This document shows, one piece after another, positions 1 to 9,813 of a stretch of DNA of 64,000 bases. The position numbers were made by a program, and so were the translations under genes. A model generated the notes under the pieces. It was not told where the DNA came from. It worked only from the letters and a program-made list of their open reading frames with translations, and did not search any database. Where the stretch lies: contig DAVD01000037.1 of assembly GCA_002505405.1 (NCBI GenBank), positions 187-64,186 of the forward strand, given 5' to 3'. Numbering within the stretch: position 1 is the first letter of the stretch; each line of letters begins with the position of its first letter. Origin of the DNA: Candidatus Poseidonia alphae. GTDB taxonomy: Archaea > Thermoplasmatota > Poseidoniia > Poseidoniales > Poseidoniaceae.

Positions 1-1089
1 GATCCGCTCAAAGAGAGAAACCTTTGTTTTTGCATTCCAATCGATAACATGCAAATCCTCTTCTCCGTATCTAAGAATGCCGTAGGGAGGGGCCCGTCCG
101 GTCGTGGTCTCAATGAGATGGGCATAGGCCAGTACTTGCATTGAATGAGAATCATGGGGGCGCTTAGGTACCTTTCCGGTTTTTTGCTCTACAGGAATAA
201 ATTCGCCATCAATAATGACGATTTGGTCGGGCCGGCCTCTAAGTCCAGTCTTCCCATCAACAAGCAAATCACTGGTTGATTCATCGTCAGAATATGCGAC
301 CTCGGTCCCGGTGGCGATGTTGTTTTCGTCTGCTAAGTCCAAGGATTTACTGTTGGCTACTAGGGCTCTCTGCAGTTGGATAGAGGCCATGAGCGTCCAA
401 CAGATGGCGATGAAGGCAAAAACATAGGCAGCCTGCTCTTTATCGCTTGCAAAGCGAAGTGCAATGGAGTGAAGCGCCATGACGATAGCGGCCATAAAGA
501 AGGCCACTTCAATACGCCCACCTTCGAACCATCCACCTTTGAAGTCTCTTGGTTCAAAATAAGGTTCAACCACAGCTTTATTCTCGGTACTGAAGTGGAT
601 GTTGGAATCTTGATAAATCTCCATCCCAATGAACTTCCGCCAAGGGAGGAGCAGTGCACTGATTCCTACCACAAGACAAGACAACGCCCAAGTTGCGAGC
701 AATTTAGAAAATTCATCGGTATCAAAATTTGAGCTGCTGAATCCTCGAAACAAGACAGCATCAACAACGAATAAGAGTACGATGGCGTACCACCACTGCC
801 ATATGAGCAAGTTGCGTTTTGTTTGAATTCGCAGGTGTTGGTATTCTGAGTAGATGTGGTGAATCGCTTTGTGACGTTCCTGTCCCTTGATAATTTCTTC
901 ACCTTGGCCAGCATGGCCATGTGCTGCTAGAGACCAAGACAGTGGGCAATAGGTGTAACGTTCCAGGTCGCTCGCACTGACCGGCAAACAATCTCCATTC
1001 TCCCTTTTCCAGTAGCCTTCAGCGTCAACGGTGGCGTTCGGGTCTGTGGGTTCGTGAGCCGCTGACATTTCCTTGCCCTCGTCCCCCAT
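1..1089 (-). CDS. Cas4/RecB-like PD-(D/E)XK nuclease with four inserted transmembrane helices (partial; the 3' end runs off the window)
   Basis: Absent from the supplied ORF track because no stop lies in the window. Hand translation from ATG 1089..1087 gives an uninterrupted 363-codon frame down to nt 1. The N-terminus has ERYTYCPLSW (Cas4-type leading Cys, codon 948..946). The core reads GRPDQIVIIDGEFIPVEQKTGK...HSMQVLAYAHLIE: D codon 228..226, ExK 189..181, QxxxY 138..124. Four hydrophobic segments lie between them (about nt 370-815). Confidence 0.7.
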   Translation of the reverse strand, partial: MGDEGKEMSAAHEPTDPNATVDAEGYWKRENGDCLPVSASDLERYTYCPLSWSLAAHGHAGQGEEIIKGQERHKAIHHIYSEYQHLRIQTKRNLLIWQWWYAIVLLFVVDAVLFRGFSSSNFDTDEFSKLLATWALSCLVVGISALLLPWRKFIGMEIYQDSNIHFSTENKAVVEPYFEPRDFKGGWFEGGRIEVAFFMAAIVMALHSIALRFASDKEQAAYVFAFIAICWTLMASIQLQRALVANSKSLDLADENNIATGTEVAYSDDESTSDLLVDGKTGLRGRPDQIVIIDGEFIPVEQKTGKVPKRPHDSHSMQVLAYAHLIETTTGRAPPYGILRYGEEDLHVIDWNAKTKVSLFERI

Positions 1090-1223
1090 ACGATGCCGTG
1101 CTGTGTTCTCTTTTTGATACCTTTTCCCTCCTTGATTCCTTCAAAAACCCTAAGGTCGGTGAACACTTTTGGGACGAAGCGGTTTAATACAGGGGGTCTG
1201 TGGGCGGCTTACTGTGGTCTATT

Positions 1224-1832
1224 ATGTCCGATGAAGGAAGTTTGCTAGTCTCCGCCGAAGCCTATGAGGAGAGCGCCGTCAACATCGGAACTCAACAGAA
1301 GAGTGCCGATATGGGTCGCTTCATCGACCGAGTCCGTGAAGACGGTCTTTACCTTCTTGATATTCACATCACCGACGCCCGTATCCGGTCCATTGCAGCC
1401 TTCCTCAACACCTTTGATGCCCCTTCGATTATGATTGTCAGCGCCCGCCAATACGGACAACGCCCTGCTCGTAAATTTGCAGAGGCAGTTGGCGCCCACT
1501 CAGCCGTTGGCCGTTTTATTCCAGGATCCTTGACCAACCCTGCTCTCCGCTCCTACCTTGAACCGGATGTCTTGTTCGTTACTGACCCTGCTGCAGACCA
1601 GCAAGCACTTCGTGAAGCAGTTGCTACCGGCCTTCCAATCGTCGGTATTGTTGATGCAAACAACCACCTTCGAAACGTTGATATCGCTCTTCCAGCGAAC
1701 AACAAGGGTCGTCGCTCACTCGCTTTGATTTACTGGCTCCTCGCCCGTGAAGTCCTCAAGGTTCGTGGAGAAACCACCGATGAGGCGTGGGCAGAAGCCA
1801 ACGACCTTGAAGACTGGGAATCCACCTTCTGA
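1224..1832 (+). CDS. rps2: 30S ribosomal protein uS2, archaeal/eukaryotic type
   Basis: About 200 aa. Contains VGRFIPGSLTNP and IALPANNKGRRSLALIYWLLAREV, typical of archaeal S2. The ATG at 1224 is preferred over the GTG at 1200. Confidence 0.9.
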   Translation: MSDEGSLLVSAEAYEESAVNIGTQQKSADMGRFIDRVREDGLYLLDIHITDARIRSIAAFLNTFDAPSIMIVSARQYGQRPARKFAEAVGAHSAVGRFIPGSLTNPALRSYLEPDVLFVTDPAADQQALREAVATGLPIVGIVDANNHLRNVDIALPANNKGRRSLALIYWLLAREVLKVRGETTDEAWAEANDLEDWESTF

Positions 1833-1835
1833 GTG

Positions 1836-2861
1836 TTACACTCCGTTAGCCAAGTACGTGCTTATCGCATCAGCCATTGCTTTGGGCGTATTTTGTTCGT
1901 GCATGATGTTCCTGACCTTCTTTGCATTGGGCAACCCTTTGGTGAAAGCAATCGCATGACGCTTCATCCAACGAGCTTGAATGCCGACGGTTTCCTCACA
2001 CAAATCGATGTAGCGGTCCCAGCACCATCTTCGTGATGCAAACGATTGCTGGACATCATCCAATTCATACCATCCCTCATTGGAGGCAATCCAAGGCAAA
2101 TCCTCCTCCTTCATCCATCCGAGTCCCACTTTGATGTCGGCAAATACAGACGGGCGTCCGATTGCACCTCGGCCAACCATGAGTCCTGCAGCACCCGTTT
2201 GCTCCAGGCATGCTGCAGCCGAAGCGGCATCTACAACGTCACCGTTCGCAATGACCGGGACCTCCACTGCCTCCACTGCTTGTTTGATTGAAGTCCAGTC
2301 TGCAACACCTGTATACCTCTGGCGAAGGGTTCGTCCGTGGATGCAGAGGCGCTGAGTTCCTACCTCCTCCAAACGCTTGCACAGTTCCGTCGCGTTGTTA
2401 TGACCGCTGCCGGTTCCAAGACGCATTTTAGCCGTCACCGGAGTATCTACACGTTCAACGATATTATCCACCATCCCAACCAACCGTTCTGGTTCGCCCA
2501 TGAGGGCGGCCCCCGCACAAATATTGGTCACCTTTGGAGCAGGGCAACCAAAGTTGAGGTCGATGATGTCAGCACTTGGTGCAAGCATTTCAGCCGCAGT
2601 CGCCATGTCTCCGGGGTCGCCTCCAAAGATTTGAGGAATAAAGGGGACTTCGGTATCGTGGGTTTCCATGCGACGCCATGATGTGGCGGCTTCTCGGGTG
2701 AGGGCCGTGGAATTTGTAAACTCCGTGATGGTCACGTCCGCACCGCATTCCTTTGACAGCAACCGGAACGGTAGATCTGAAACTCCTGACATCGGTGCCA
2801 GAAAAAGTGGACGAGCGTCACCTTCCCAAGGCCCAGGGGCGGGTTGGATGTGCTCGGTCAT
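1836..2861 (-). CDS. tRNA-dihydrouridine synthase (Dus family FMN oxidoreductase)
   Basis: Dus motifs: LAPMSGVSDLPFRLL, NFGCPAPKV, KMRLG, IHGRT, ANGD. Confidence 0.85.
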   Translation of the reverse strand: MTEHIQPAPGPWEGDARPLFLAPMSGVSDLPFRLLSKECGADVTITEFTNSTALTREAATSWRRMETHDTEVPFIPQIFGGDPGDMATAAEMLAPSADIIDLNFGCPAPKVTNICAGAALMGEPERLVGMVDNIVERVDTPVTAKMRLGTGSGHNNATELCKRLEEVGTQRLCIHGRTLRQRYTGVADWTSIKQAVEAVEVPVIANGDVVDAASAAACLEQTGAAGLMVGRGAIGRPSVFADIKVGLGWMKEEDLPWIASNEGWYELDDVQQSFASRRWCWDRYIDLCEETVGIQARWMKRHAIAFTKGLPNAKKVRNIMHEQNTPKAMADAISTYLANGV

Positions 2862-3988
2862 GGATTCCCCTCAACTCTTGAGGTTTCAAGGGCTTCATCG
2901 AGTAAGTTGGCGACTCGAACCATCCTCCGAAGCACCCGGTCCATCCGTTCCTGAACGCGTCGTTGTATGGCTTGGGGAGAGGGCCCTGAGAGTCGGTATC
3001 CCATCGGAAGACGACCGCCGAGTAGGTTCAGAAGAAGCATTTGGTCTCGTGCCTCCATGGTGTTTAAATGCGTTCCAACGTCATCAACATTGAGGTTTCC
3101 TTTCTTCAATGAATCCAGTAGGTTGTTCTGCTGTTTGTTGTTAAGCAAACGTTGGAATCCGCCTTTTCTCAACATCCAATCCTCTCCTCGGCGTTGATAT
3201 TGTGTGGTCATTGCCGTCCATAATGCGACGCTTAACCGGTCGGTTCGGGCAACCCTCTCTACCATGCCCGACGCTCTGAAACGGTCTAAAATCCGTCCTA
3301 TGCGTGCCTTTTGTCCTCCATGAGATTCAACGGCTTCGTCAAGTGAGAGGGGGAGGTCTCGTTCCAACAGCGTTGTCATCAAGCGAACGGATAACGAGTC
3401 CGCTACGATCTCTTGGCCTGGACGCTCACCGAGCATCCCAAAGTCACTCATCCAATGTGAAAGTACGGTTCCGTTGGAATCGTTCGGTATTGGTCGATGG
3501 TCGGTTAGGCCAAGCATGAATGAAGCATGTTCAGGTTCGGGAAGCTCCACTTCCATCGGCTCACCTGTTCGCTTCCAATACGGTTCCAAAGCGGCCATTC
3601 GTTGATGGAGGACGAGCGAACAATTTTGTTGGAAAAAGGCCACTGCATTGCTCAATGAACCACCTCTTAAGAAATAACGACGCCATCCTTTCCCTTCGTT
3701 GGTATAGCCTACGATTCCACTCTCTACAAGCCGTGTGAGGTGATGGTTGAGCGATGCCGGCATCAAGGCGAGTTCATCAGCCAACATTTGAGCGTCCCAA
3801 GCGGTGTTGGGTTGACCAAACAAATGGTCGCGCAACAGTCGGTGGACCGGCCCAGCTCTGCCGTTGTCAGCCATTGCATCGCCTCGTTTTCGGACCAGAC
3901 AAAGCGTGTCGGTAATCCATTCAACGAGCGCATCAACTTCGCGGTCGGTCGAGGGTAGGGGAAGTTCGACCATTCGTACCGAGAACAT
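2858..3988 (-). CDS. Transcriptional regulator with two winged-HTH (ArsR/MarR-like) modules
   Basis: First wHTH: MLADELALMPASLNHHLTRLVESGIVGY. Second HTH-like segment: ARIGRILDRFRASGMVERV. The 3' end overlaps the dus start by 4 nt (2858-2861). Confidence 0.55.
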   Translation of the reverse strand: MFSVRMVELPLPSTDREVDALVEWITDTLCLVRKRGDAMADNGRAGPVHRLLRDHLFGQPNTAWDAQMLADELALMPASLNHHLTRLVESGIVGYTNEGKGWRRYFLRGGSLSNAVAFFQQNCSLVLHQRMAALEPYWKRTGEPMEVELPEPEHASFMLGLTDHRPIPNDSNGTVLSHWMSDFGMLGERPGQEIVADSLSVRLMTTLLERDLPLSLDEAVESHGGQKARIGRILDRFRASGMVERVARTDRLSVALWTAMTTQYQRRGEDWMLRKGGFQRLLNNKQQNNLLDSLKKGNLNVDDVGTHLNTMEARDQMLLLNLLGGRLPMGYRLSGPSPQAIQRRVQERMDRVLRRMVRVANLLDEALETSRVEGNP

Positions 3989-4085
3989 GTAGACAACCGA
4001 AGGGAAGCCAATGGCGAGAGCCTTTGAAGTCTATGCAGTAAATGCCGCTCAAGCGATAGATTTCAAAAGGAATTCAAAGCAGCGG

Positions 4086-4754
4086 TCACGCCGTCCTTCG
4101 TTCGTCCTTCCATTCGTAATCCACGCTACCGTGCGGCTGCCAGCACATGTCAAGGTCAATATGGGGCATGAGTTCAATTTTGTCATCGCGTAAAATCCCT
4201 CGGCGTCGTAGTACCTTTACAGCGCTGTGCACGGTAGCTCGAGTTCTTCCAAGGCGCCGAGCAAGCTCGGCTTGCGACCGAGGAACGCCCTCCCGTTCGA
4301 TGTTCTCTAGGATTAAGCGTTGTACAAGGGAAAGGCCAATCGGGAGACTTTGTGCCATTCTCTCTTCCCCGATCACTGTGCTACGGAGAACTTCAATCTG
4401 ACTTGGTGCTCCTGCAAAATAGCATGTTCGTCCGTTCACTGGGAGAATCGTGACCGACTTGCGGGTTTGCAGAACATCAAGATGATGCCTCAGGGTTCCA
4501 TTGGCGGTACTCATTGCAGTTTGCAATTCACGATAGCACAAGCCGGGGTGCGCCTCCAAGGTTGACAAAATTCTTCGCCGCAAGGGGTGTTCGTGGTGGG
4601 TTGCTTTGGTTCGGATGCCCCCCATTGTCATGGCTCCAACTGCGCCGGCAGCAGCCGCTACCCCTCCAGCAAGGCCAGCAACACTGCTGGCTGCTCCGGC
4701 CAAGCCAGCAGCCAACCATGGTCGCTGCCGTACCCATTGGGAGAGAAGAGGCAT
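4086..4754 (-). CDS. Membrane-anchored regulator with a Gly/Ala-rich N-terminal hydrophobic segment and two wHTH domains
   Basis: N-terminus: WLAAGLAGAASSVAGLAGGVAAAAGAVGAM. ArsR-like: RRRILSTLEAHPGLCYRELQTAMSTANGTLRHHLDVL. MarR-like: SQAELARRLGRTRATVHSAVKVLRRRGIL. Confidence 0.6.
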   Translation of the reverse strand: MPLLSQWVRQRPWLAAGLAGAASSVAGLAGGVAAAAGAVGAMTMGGIRTKATHHEHPLRRRILSTLEAHPGLCYRELQTAMSTANGTLRHHLDVLQTRKSVTILPVNGRTCYFAGAPSQIEVLRSTVIGEERMAQSLPIGLSLVQRLILENIEREGVPRSQAELARRLGRTRATVHSAVKVLRRRGILRDDKIELMPHIDLDMCWQPHGSVDYEWKDERRTA

Positions 4755-4867
4755 GAGGTGAGGTTTGTCTTCTCCTTCCTTAAACCATCGCTGATTTGAG
4801 TCGCAATTGCAACCGACGATTAAGGTGTTAATATACTCTTGAAGGAGTGATATTATGGTGGGTTTTT

Positions 4868-5683
4868 ATGATGGATTACAAGAGGAATGAAGCGATTGAA
4901 ATGCAGTTGCAAACAGCATTGGACGATGGCGCAAACGTGTGGGTCATCGGAGATATTCATGGATTCTATCAAAGTTTTATTTCTCTCATTGACGAGTTGA
5001 ATCTTGGGGGAAACGACCGAGTGGTTTTACTCGGCGACCTTATTGACCGAGGTCCAAACTCATACGGAGTTGTCCACACTGCACGAACGAATGAACAAAT
5101 CTTCTGCGTCAAAGGAAATCATGAGGCCATGATGGCTGAAAACTTCTCTCTTGAGGGGCTCCAAGACCCGAACATAGACCTGTTGGTTTGGATCAAGAAC
5201 GGCGGAGACACAACCGTTCTTTCGTATCTTAATGCATTTAACAATGTATTAACCCAACCTGACCATCAAGCAATGAAGAAGCAAATCAAGGATGATAACG
5301 AATGGATTGAAACCCTCCCTCTCCATATTGTCCTGAAGGAATGGCGACTGGTTCATGCGGGGTATAAACCAAATCTCCCGCTTGATGAGCAAACAGAAGA
5401 TGAATATTTGTGGATACGAAAGGAATTTCATGAGGTCTCGGAACCTGTTGACCATCAGCGAACCGTGGTGTTTGGTCATACTCCAACGGCAAGTCTTCCA
5501 GGACACGGTGAGCAATCATGGGGCAAGGTTTGGCGGAGTGAAGTTTGCTTGAACAATGCCCGACCCGCAGCCATCGGCCTCGATACGTGTTTGTATCACG
5601 CAAAGCAAGGAATGCCTGCAGTCCTTACAGCGTTCAATCTTCAAGACGGGCGTGTTGTACAGCAAAGCCGTGTTGAGCCCTAA
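4868..5683 (+). CDS. PPP-family Ser/Thr protein phosphatase / metallophosphoesterase
   Basis: Motifs GDIHG, GDLIDRGP, GNHE, VHAG, GHT. ATG 4868 is preferred over the GTG at 4847. A TTAATATA box lies at 4828-4835. Confidence 0.8.
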   Translation: MMDYKRNEAIEMQLQTALDDGANVWVIGDIHGFYQSFISLIDELNLGGNDRVVLLGDLIDRGPNSYGVVHTARTNEQIFCVKGNHEAMMAENFSLEGLQDPNIDLLVWIKNGGDTTVLSYLNAFNNVLTQPDHQAMKKQIKDDNEWIETLPLHIVLKEWRLVHAGYKPNLPLDEQTEDEYLWIRKEFHEVSEPVDHQRTVVFGHTPTASLPGHGEQSWGKVWRSEVCLNNARPAAIGLDTCLYHAKQGMPAVLTAFNLQDGRVVQQSRVEP

Positions 5684-5685
5684 CG

Positions 5686-6213
5686 TCATTCAGATTGGAC
5701 AGAGCCCATCTTTACTTTCAAGTGGGCCACCATAGGTGAGAGAAGTCTGCCGCAGGTCAAGCCGTGCTGACTGAGTTCGTAATTGACTTTGACAGGCGGA
5801 CCTTCGCTGACCAGGCGCAAGACCAAGCCTTCCTCTGCAAGGAACCGCAACTTATCGGAGAGAGTTCGGCTAGAAATTCCGCTGAGCATGTTCTTCATTT
5901 CATTGAAGCGGCGAGGGCCGGTAATGTACAATGTTGCGAGAATTTCAATGGTCCAACGGGAGCCGAAGACATGGAGTGCTTCAACTGCTGCCTCCACTTC
6001 CCAGTCTGCGTTATAGGGCCCTTGGTTAGAGTAATTCGCCAGGGTTGAACGGATGATTTTACCGTTGTTGAGCGTGCCCTCAATGTTGCTTTGAAGGGCT
6101 TCAAACGCATCAGCTGGAATTTTCATTGGTGGGGTCGGCATGGGCTTCAACCGTTCGCGAGCGTCACCACTACTTGATTTCTTTTCCACACCCAATGTAC
6201 ATTCTTCTCCCAA
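5686..6213 (-). CDS. HxlR-family wHTH transcriptional regulator with an N-terminal extension
   Basis: FGSRWTIEILATLYITGPRRFNEMKNMLSGISSRTLSDKLRFLAEEGLV...VNYELSQHG. The start is uncertain (internal Met codons). Confidence 0.75.
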   Translation of the reverse strand: MGEECTLGVEKKSSSGDARERLKPMPTPPMKIPADAFEALQSNIEGTLNNGKIIRSTLANYSNQGPYNADWEVEAAVEALHVFGSRWTIEILATLYITGPRRFNEMKNMLSGISSRTLSDKLRFLAEEGLVLRLVSEGPPVKVNYELSQHGLTCGRLLSPMVAHLKVKMGSVQSE

Positions 6214-6276
6214 GAAGCAAACCCCAAGGAGCCCTCAGGGTGGTTCTTTGAAGAAGTCCAGCGCCTTCCGCAGTTC

Positions 6277-7461
6277 ATGGCTCAAGACAAGAACGCGCAC
6301 CCTCGGCGGCGCGTGTTGCTTGTTCGCGGAGGAACCCTCTCACGGTATTCCGGACTCGGAGGAGCCTTTCACGACCTGAGAACCTCGTTGGAAGCCGAAC
6401 AAATTACAGGGTGGGAAAGCGCAGGTATTGAAGAGTACACTTTGGCTGTAGGGGCTTCTGGATTGCGGCGTCTTTTGAAACGCTGGTTTGGCCATCCAAA
6501 GCAGGTGCTGCAAACAATCCGCCGCTTGCACAAAGCCAGTTCAGTCGACTTGATTCATGTCGCAGACCAAGAACAGGCGCATCTTATTCCGAAGCGATCA
6601 CCTGCGCCAGTTGTCGTTTATATCCATGATTTCTTCCATCTCTTTCCAGAGACGATTGCCCTCAATGGAGAACGTATTGAGGTGGGTGAACAACGTCCAC
6701 CCTGGTACCGCCGCTCGGATTTGAAGCGCCTGATGAAAGGAATAAGCCGAGCGAACGGCATCATCTGTAACACGCAAGCAACCGAGTCGTTGTGTCGAAA
6801 GCACTTCCCCAACATACCCCTTTACCGCATCCCCTATGGATTGGACACAGCTAAATTTGCTCCAACGCTTCCACTCCCTTCAGCCCCAAGTGGTCTTTCA
6901 TCAACAACCTGCAACCTCTTGGTTGTGGGAAGTCACGCCCCTAGAAAGCGTTTGAAATTCCTCATCAGGATGCTCAGTCAACTGCCTGAAGAACTTCTTC
7001 AATCGTTGATGATTCACCATATTGGAGGCGATTCATGCCCCTATGGGGGTGTCACCGCCAGTGAATATGCAACTCAGCACGGGGTTCCTTGGACTCATGT
7101 TGGCGGCGAGATAAGCGACGGTACCCTCAATCATTACCGATGGCATACCGAGGCTCTACTGTTTCCCTCGGGAGCTGAAGGATTTGGCTACCCTCCCGTT
7201 GAATCAATGGCGGCAGGCCAACCTGTTCTTGCATCTGACCGACCTGCACACAATGAATTGATGCCGGACGGACACTGCCTTGGTGCTGAAGACGAAGATG
7301 CTTGGCGTCAAGCAATTCAAGAGGTTCATTCAAGCTGGTCGGCTCGAAACGGGGCAGATCGGGAACCTGTCCAGGCTCTTATCAAACACGTTGAATTTCT
7401 GTCTCCAGAGCGTTTCCACAGCGATATGAGCCATGCTTGGACTGAGATTTCGTCATCGTGA
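6277..7461 (+). CDS. Glycosyltransferase, GT4-like (GT-B fold)
   Basis: C-terminal E-x7-E region: FPSGAEGFGYPPVESMAAGQPVLAS. Confidence 0.75.
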   Translation: MAQDKNAHPRRRVLLVRGGTLSRYSGLGGAFHDLRTSLEAEQITGWESAGIEEYTLAVGASGLRRLLKRWFGHPKQVLQTIRRLHKASSVDLIHVADQEQAHLIPKRSPAPVVVYIHDFFHLFPETIALNGERIEVGEQRPPWYRRSDLKRLMKGISRANGIICNTQATESLCRKHFPNIPLYRIPYGLDTAKFAPTLPLPSAPSGLSSTTCNLLVVGSHAPRKRLKFLIRMLSQLPEELLQSLMIHHIGGDSCPYGGVTASEYATQHGVPWTHVGGEISDGTLNHYRWHTEALLFPSGAEGFGYPPVESMAAGQPVLASDRPAHNELMPDGHCLGAEDEDAWRQAIQEVHSSWSARNGADREPVQALIKHVEFLSPERFHSDMSHAWTEISSS

Positions 7462-7504
7462 ACCATCCGTATGCTTCATGAGCATCGTTTGATTGCGCAG
7501 TAAC

Positions 7505-9574
7505 ATGCAACCTATTCAGCGCGTAGCCGTCGTCGGCGCAGGAAACATGGGGTCGGGAATTGCCCAGAAAAGTGCTCAAGAAGAATTTGATGTTCAAATG
7601 GTGGACCGCGAAGCACAATGGGTTGAACGGGGCCAGTCCATCATAACGAATTTCCTCTCGGAGGCGGTTGAACGAAGAATCTTCTCACCGCAACAAGTTG
7701 AAGATATTCAGGGCCGCATAACCGGTGTTATCGGAGTTGAGGAAACGGCAGCCAATACCGACTTGGTGATCGAGGCAGTGTTCGAAGATTTTGACGTGAA
7801 GACAGCAGTGTTTTCCACACTTGACGAAGTCTGCGGACCAGACACCATCCTCGCATCCAACACGTCTTCCCTATCAGTCAATGCTCTTGCACAAGCGACC
7901 GGACGCCCTGACCGCTTTGTTGGCCTTCATTTCTTCTATCACCCCGCCAAGAATCGTTTGGTTGAAGTGATCCCGGCTCAATCATCAAGCCAAGAGACCA
8001 TTGACAAAGTCGTACAGTATTGCAAAATGCTGGGCAAGGTCGTCATCGTTTGTGCAGACCGACCCGGATTCGTCGTCAACCGATTTTTCGTCCCATGGCT
8101 GAATGAAGCATGTTTGTTATTGGAAGAAGGCGCAGCAACTGCGGCTCAAATTGATGCCATCGCTTGCAAAGCATTCCGAATCGGGCTTGGCCCCTTCGGT
8201 CTGATGAACCTCACAGGCCCCCCAATTGCACTGCACTCTACGGACTATCTCGCTGAGCAACTCAAAACCCCTCGTTACACCGGTGCTCAAAACCTTCGAG
8301 ACTTGATTGAAGCAAATGCGCACTGGGACGTGTCCGGTGATGATGAACATTCGGAAGATCAATACACTGCAGTTTCAGAACGCCTGCTCGGCGTTGTATT
8401 TGGTGTCGCGGCACAAATCGTGGACGAAGATATTTGCAGCATGGAAGACGTAGACCGCGGTGCAAAGGTTGGACTCCGCTGGGCTCGTGGGCCTTTTGAA
8501 TTGATGAATAAAATCGGGGTCGCTGAAGCACATCGGATGGCCGTCAAGTACGCTGACATGGCTGGAGAGGGCTGGAGCGTTCCTGCGTTCTTCACTCAAC
8601 AAGGCGGGAACGACTGGGATTTCTCCTACGTTGATTCCATCGTTTCAGACGGTGTCGCAACCATCACCATCAACCGGCCCGAAGCCATGAACGCACTCAA
8701 TGTCACTGTTGTTGAGCAACTCACCGCCGCGGTATCTGCGGCAAACTCCGACGATTCCGTTCATACCGTTGTCCTCGATGGAGCCGGAAAGGCATTTGTT
8801 GCGGGAGCTGATGTCAAATTCTTTGTTGACAAAATCCGTGCAGGTGCAATCCCAGAAATTTACGATTTCACCGCAGATGGCCACACCATGCTTGACATGC
8901 TTGAGACCTCTCCCAAGACAACGGTAGCCCTCACGACCGGCCTCGCTCTTGGCGGAGGATTGGAACTTGCGCTTGCTTGCGATTACCGGATCGGTACACG
9001 TAGGACGCAATTCCGCTTCCCTGAAACTTCCATTGGAATCTACCCTGGACTCGGCGGTTCACAACGACCGGCACGAATCTGTGGTATCCCTGCAGCCCGC
9101 TGGGCTGTATTGGCTGGAAACTTCATGAACGCTCAAACGGCAAAAGATCTCGGCTTGATTACCCACCTCGTGGACGTTGCCAGCGTTGACTCTTGCGTAG
9201 CAACCATCGCATCGGAAGGAAAGCCAGCCAACAAATATCCCGGGCAACCGTCAAACCCTGACTCTAAGGTCGCTCAATTTGCATCTTCGTTTTACTCAGA
9301 TGCCAACATGGCTGCTCTCATGAATGGAGCTTGCCCGGAAGGGTTCGAGGCAGAAGACAAGACGGTTTTGCGTCAAATCAAGAGTTTGTCCTTTACAGCT
9401 CCCATTGGGTTGAGGATGGCCAGCGACCTCATCAATGCCACAGCATCAACCTCTCTGGGTGACGGTTTGCAGATGGAACTGGACGGGTTGGACACGATTT
9501 TCTCGACGAAAGATGCGCTAGAAGGCTTGTCTGCACTTATCGAGAACCGTAGAGCGACGTACAACAACGAGTGA
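7505..9574 (+). CDS. Fused 3-hydroxyacyl-CoA dehydrogenase (N-terminal) / enoyl-CoA hydratase (C-terminal), beta-oxidation
   Basis: NAD loop VAVVGAGNMGSGIAQ. Crotonase motif LDGAGKAFVAGADVKFF and GLALGGGLELALACD. ORF track start is 7493 (TTG); the first ATG is at 7505. Confidence 0.85.
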   Translation: MQPIQRVAVVGAGNMGSGIAQKSAQEEFDVQMVDREAQWVERGQSIITNFLSEAVERRIFSPQQVEDIQGRITGVIGVEETAANTDLVIEAVFEDFDVKTAVFSTLDEVCGPDTILASNTSSLSVNALAQATGRPDRFVGLHFFYHPAKNRLVEVIPAQSSSQETIDKVVQYCKMLGKVVIVCADRPGFVVNRFFVPWLNEACLLLEEGAATAAQIDAIACKAFRIGLGPFGLMNLTGPPIALHSTDYLAEQLKTPRYTGAQNLRDLIEANAHWDVSGDDEHSEDQYTAVSERLLGVVFGVAAQIVDEDICSMEDVDRGAKVGLRWARGPFELMNKIGVAEAHRMAVKYADMAGEGWSVPAFFTQQGGNDWDFSYVDSIVSDGVATITINRPEAMNALNVTVVEQLTAAVSAANSDDSVHTVVLDGAGKAFVAGADVKFFVDKIRAGAIPEIYDFTADGHTMLDMLETSPKTTVALTTGLALGGGLELALACDYRIGTRRTQFRFPETSIGIYPGLGGSQRPARICGIPAARWAVLAGNFMNAQTAKDLGLITHLVDVASVDSCVATIASEGKPANKYPGQPSNPDSKVAQFASSFYSDANMAALMNGACPEGFEAEDKTVLRQIKSLSFTAPIGLRMASDLINATASTSLGDGLQMELDGLDTIFSTKDALEGLSALIENRRATYNNE

Positions 9575-9576
9575 AA

Positions 9577-9813
9577 CTAAACCCACTTTGACATCAGACT
9601 GTTGAGGGACTCAACGATCGCTGCGATGTCAACGGATTCACCATTTTCCTGAGCGAGTTGCAACCGATTACGAACGGCTTCTATGGTTTCTCCGGATGGC
9701 GCAGAACCACTGATTTCTTCGATGACTTCGGCGATGCTTTTTCCTCGACCTTCCTCAATAGCAAGAAGCGCTTTTACAAATTCTTCTTCGTCTTTTGGTC
9801 GCCGAGCACTCAT
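9577..9813 (-). CDS. Small acidic, probably all-helical protein (78 aa), third gene of the E1-like/JAB cassette
   Basis: Its ATG (9813..9811) overlaps the JAB stop (9812..9810) as ATGA. Sequence MSARRPKDEEEFVKALLAIEEGRGK...SLMSKWV. No recognised domain and no C-terminal Gly-Gly. Confidence 0.5.
   Translation of the reverse strand: MSARRPKDEEEFVKALLAIEEGRGKSIAEVIEEISGSAPSGETIEAVRNRLQLAQENGESVDIAAIVESLNSLMSKWV

Noticed and set aside
1-6. The window begins with GATCCG, reminiscent of a Sau3AI/BamHI cloning junction.
   Set aside because: This is probably a library or assembly boundary artefact, not biology. It cannot be verified from the sequence.
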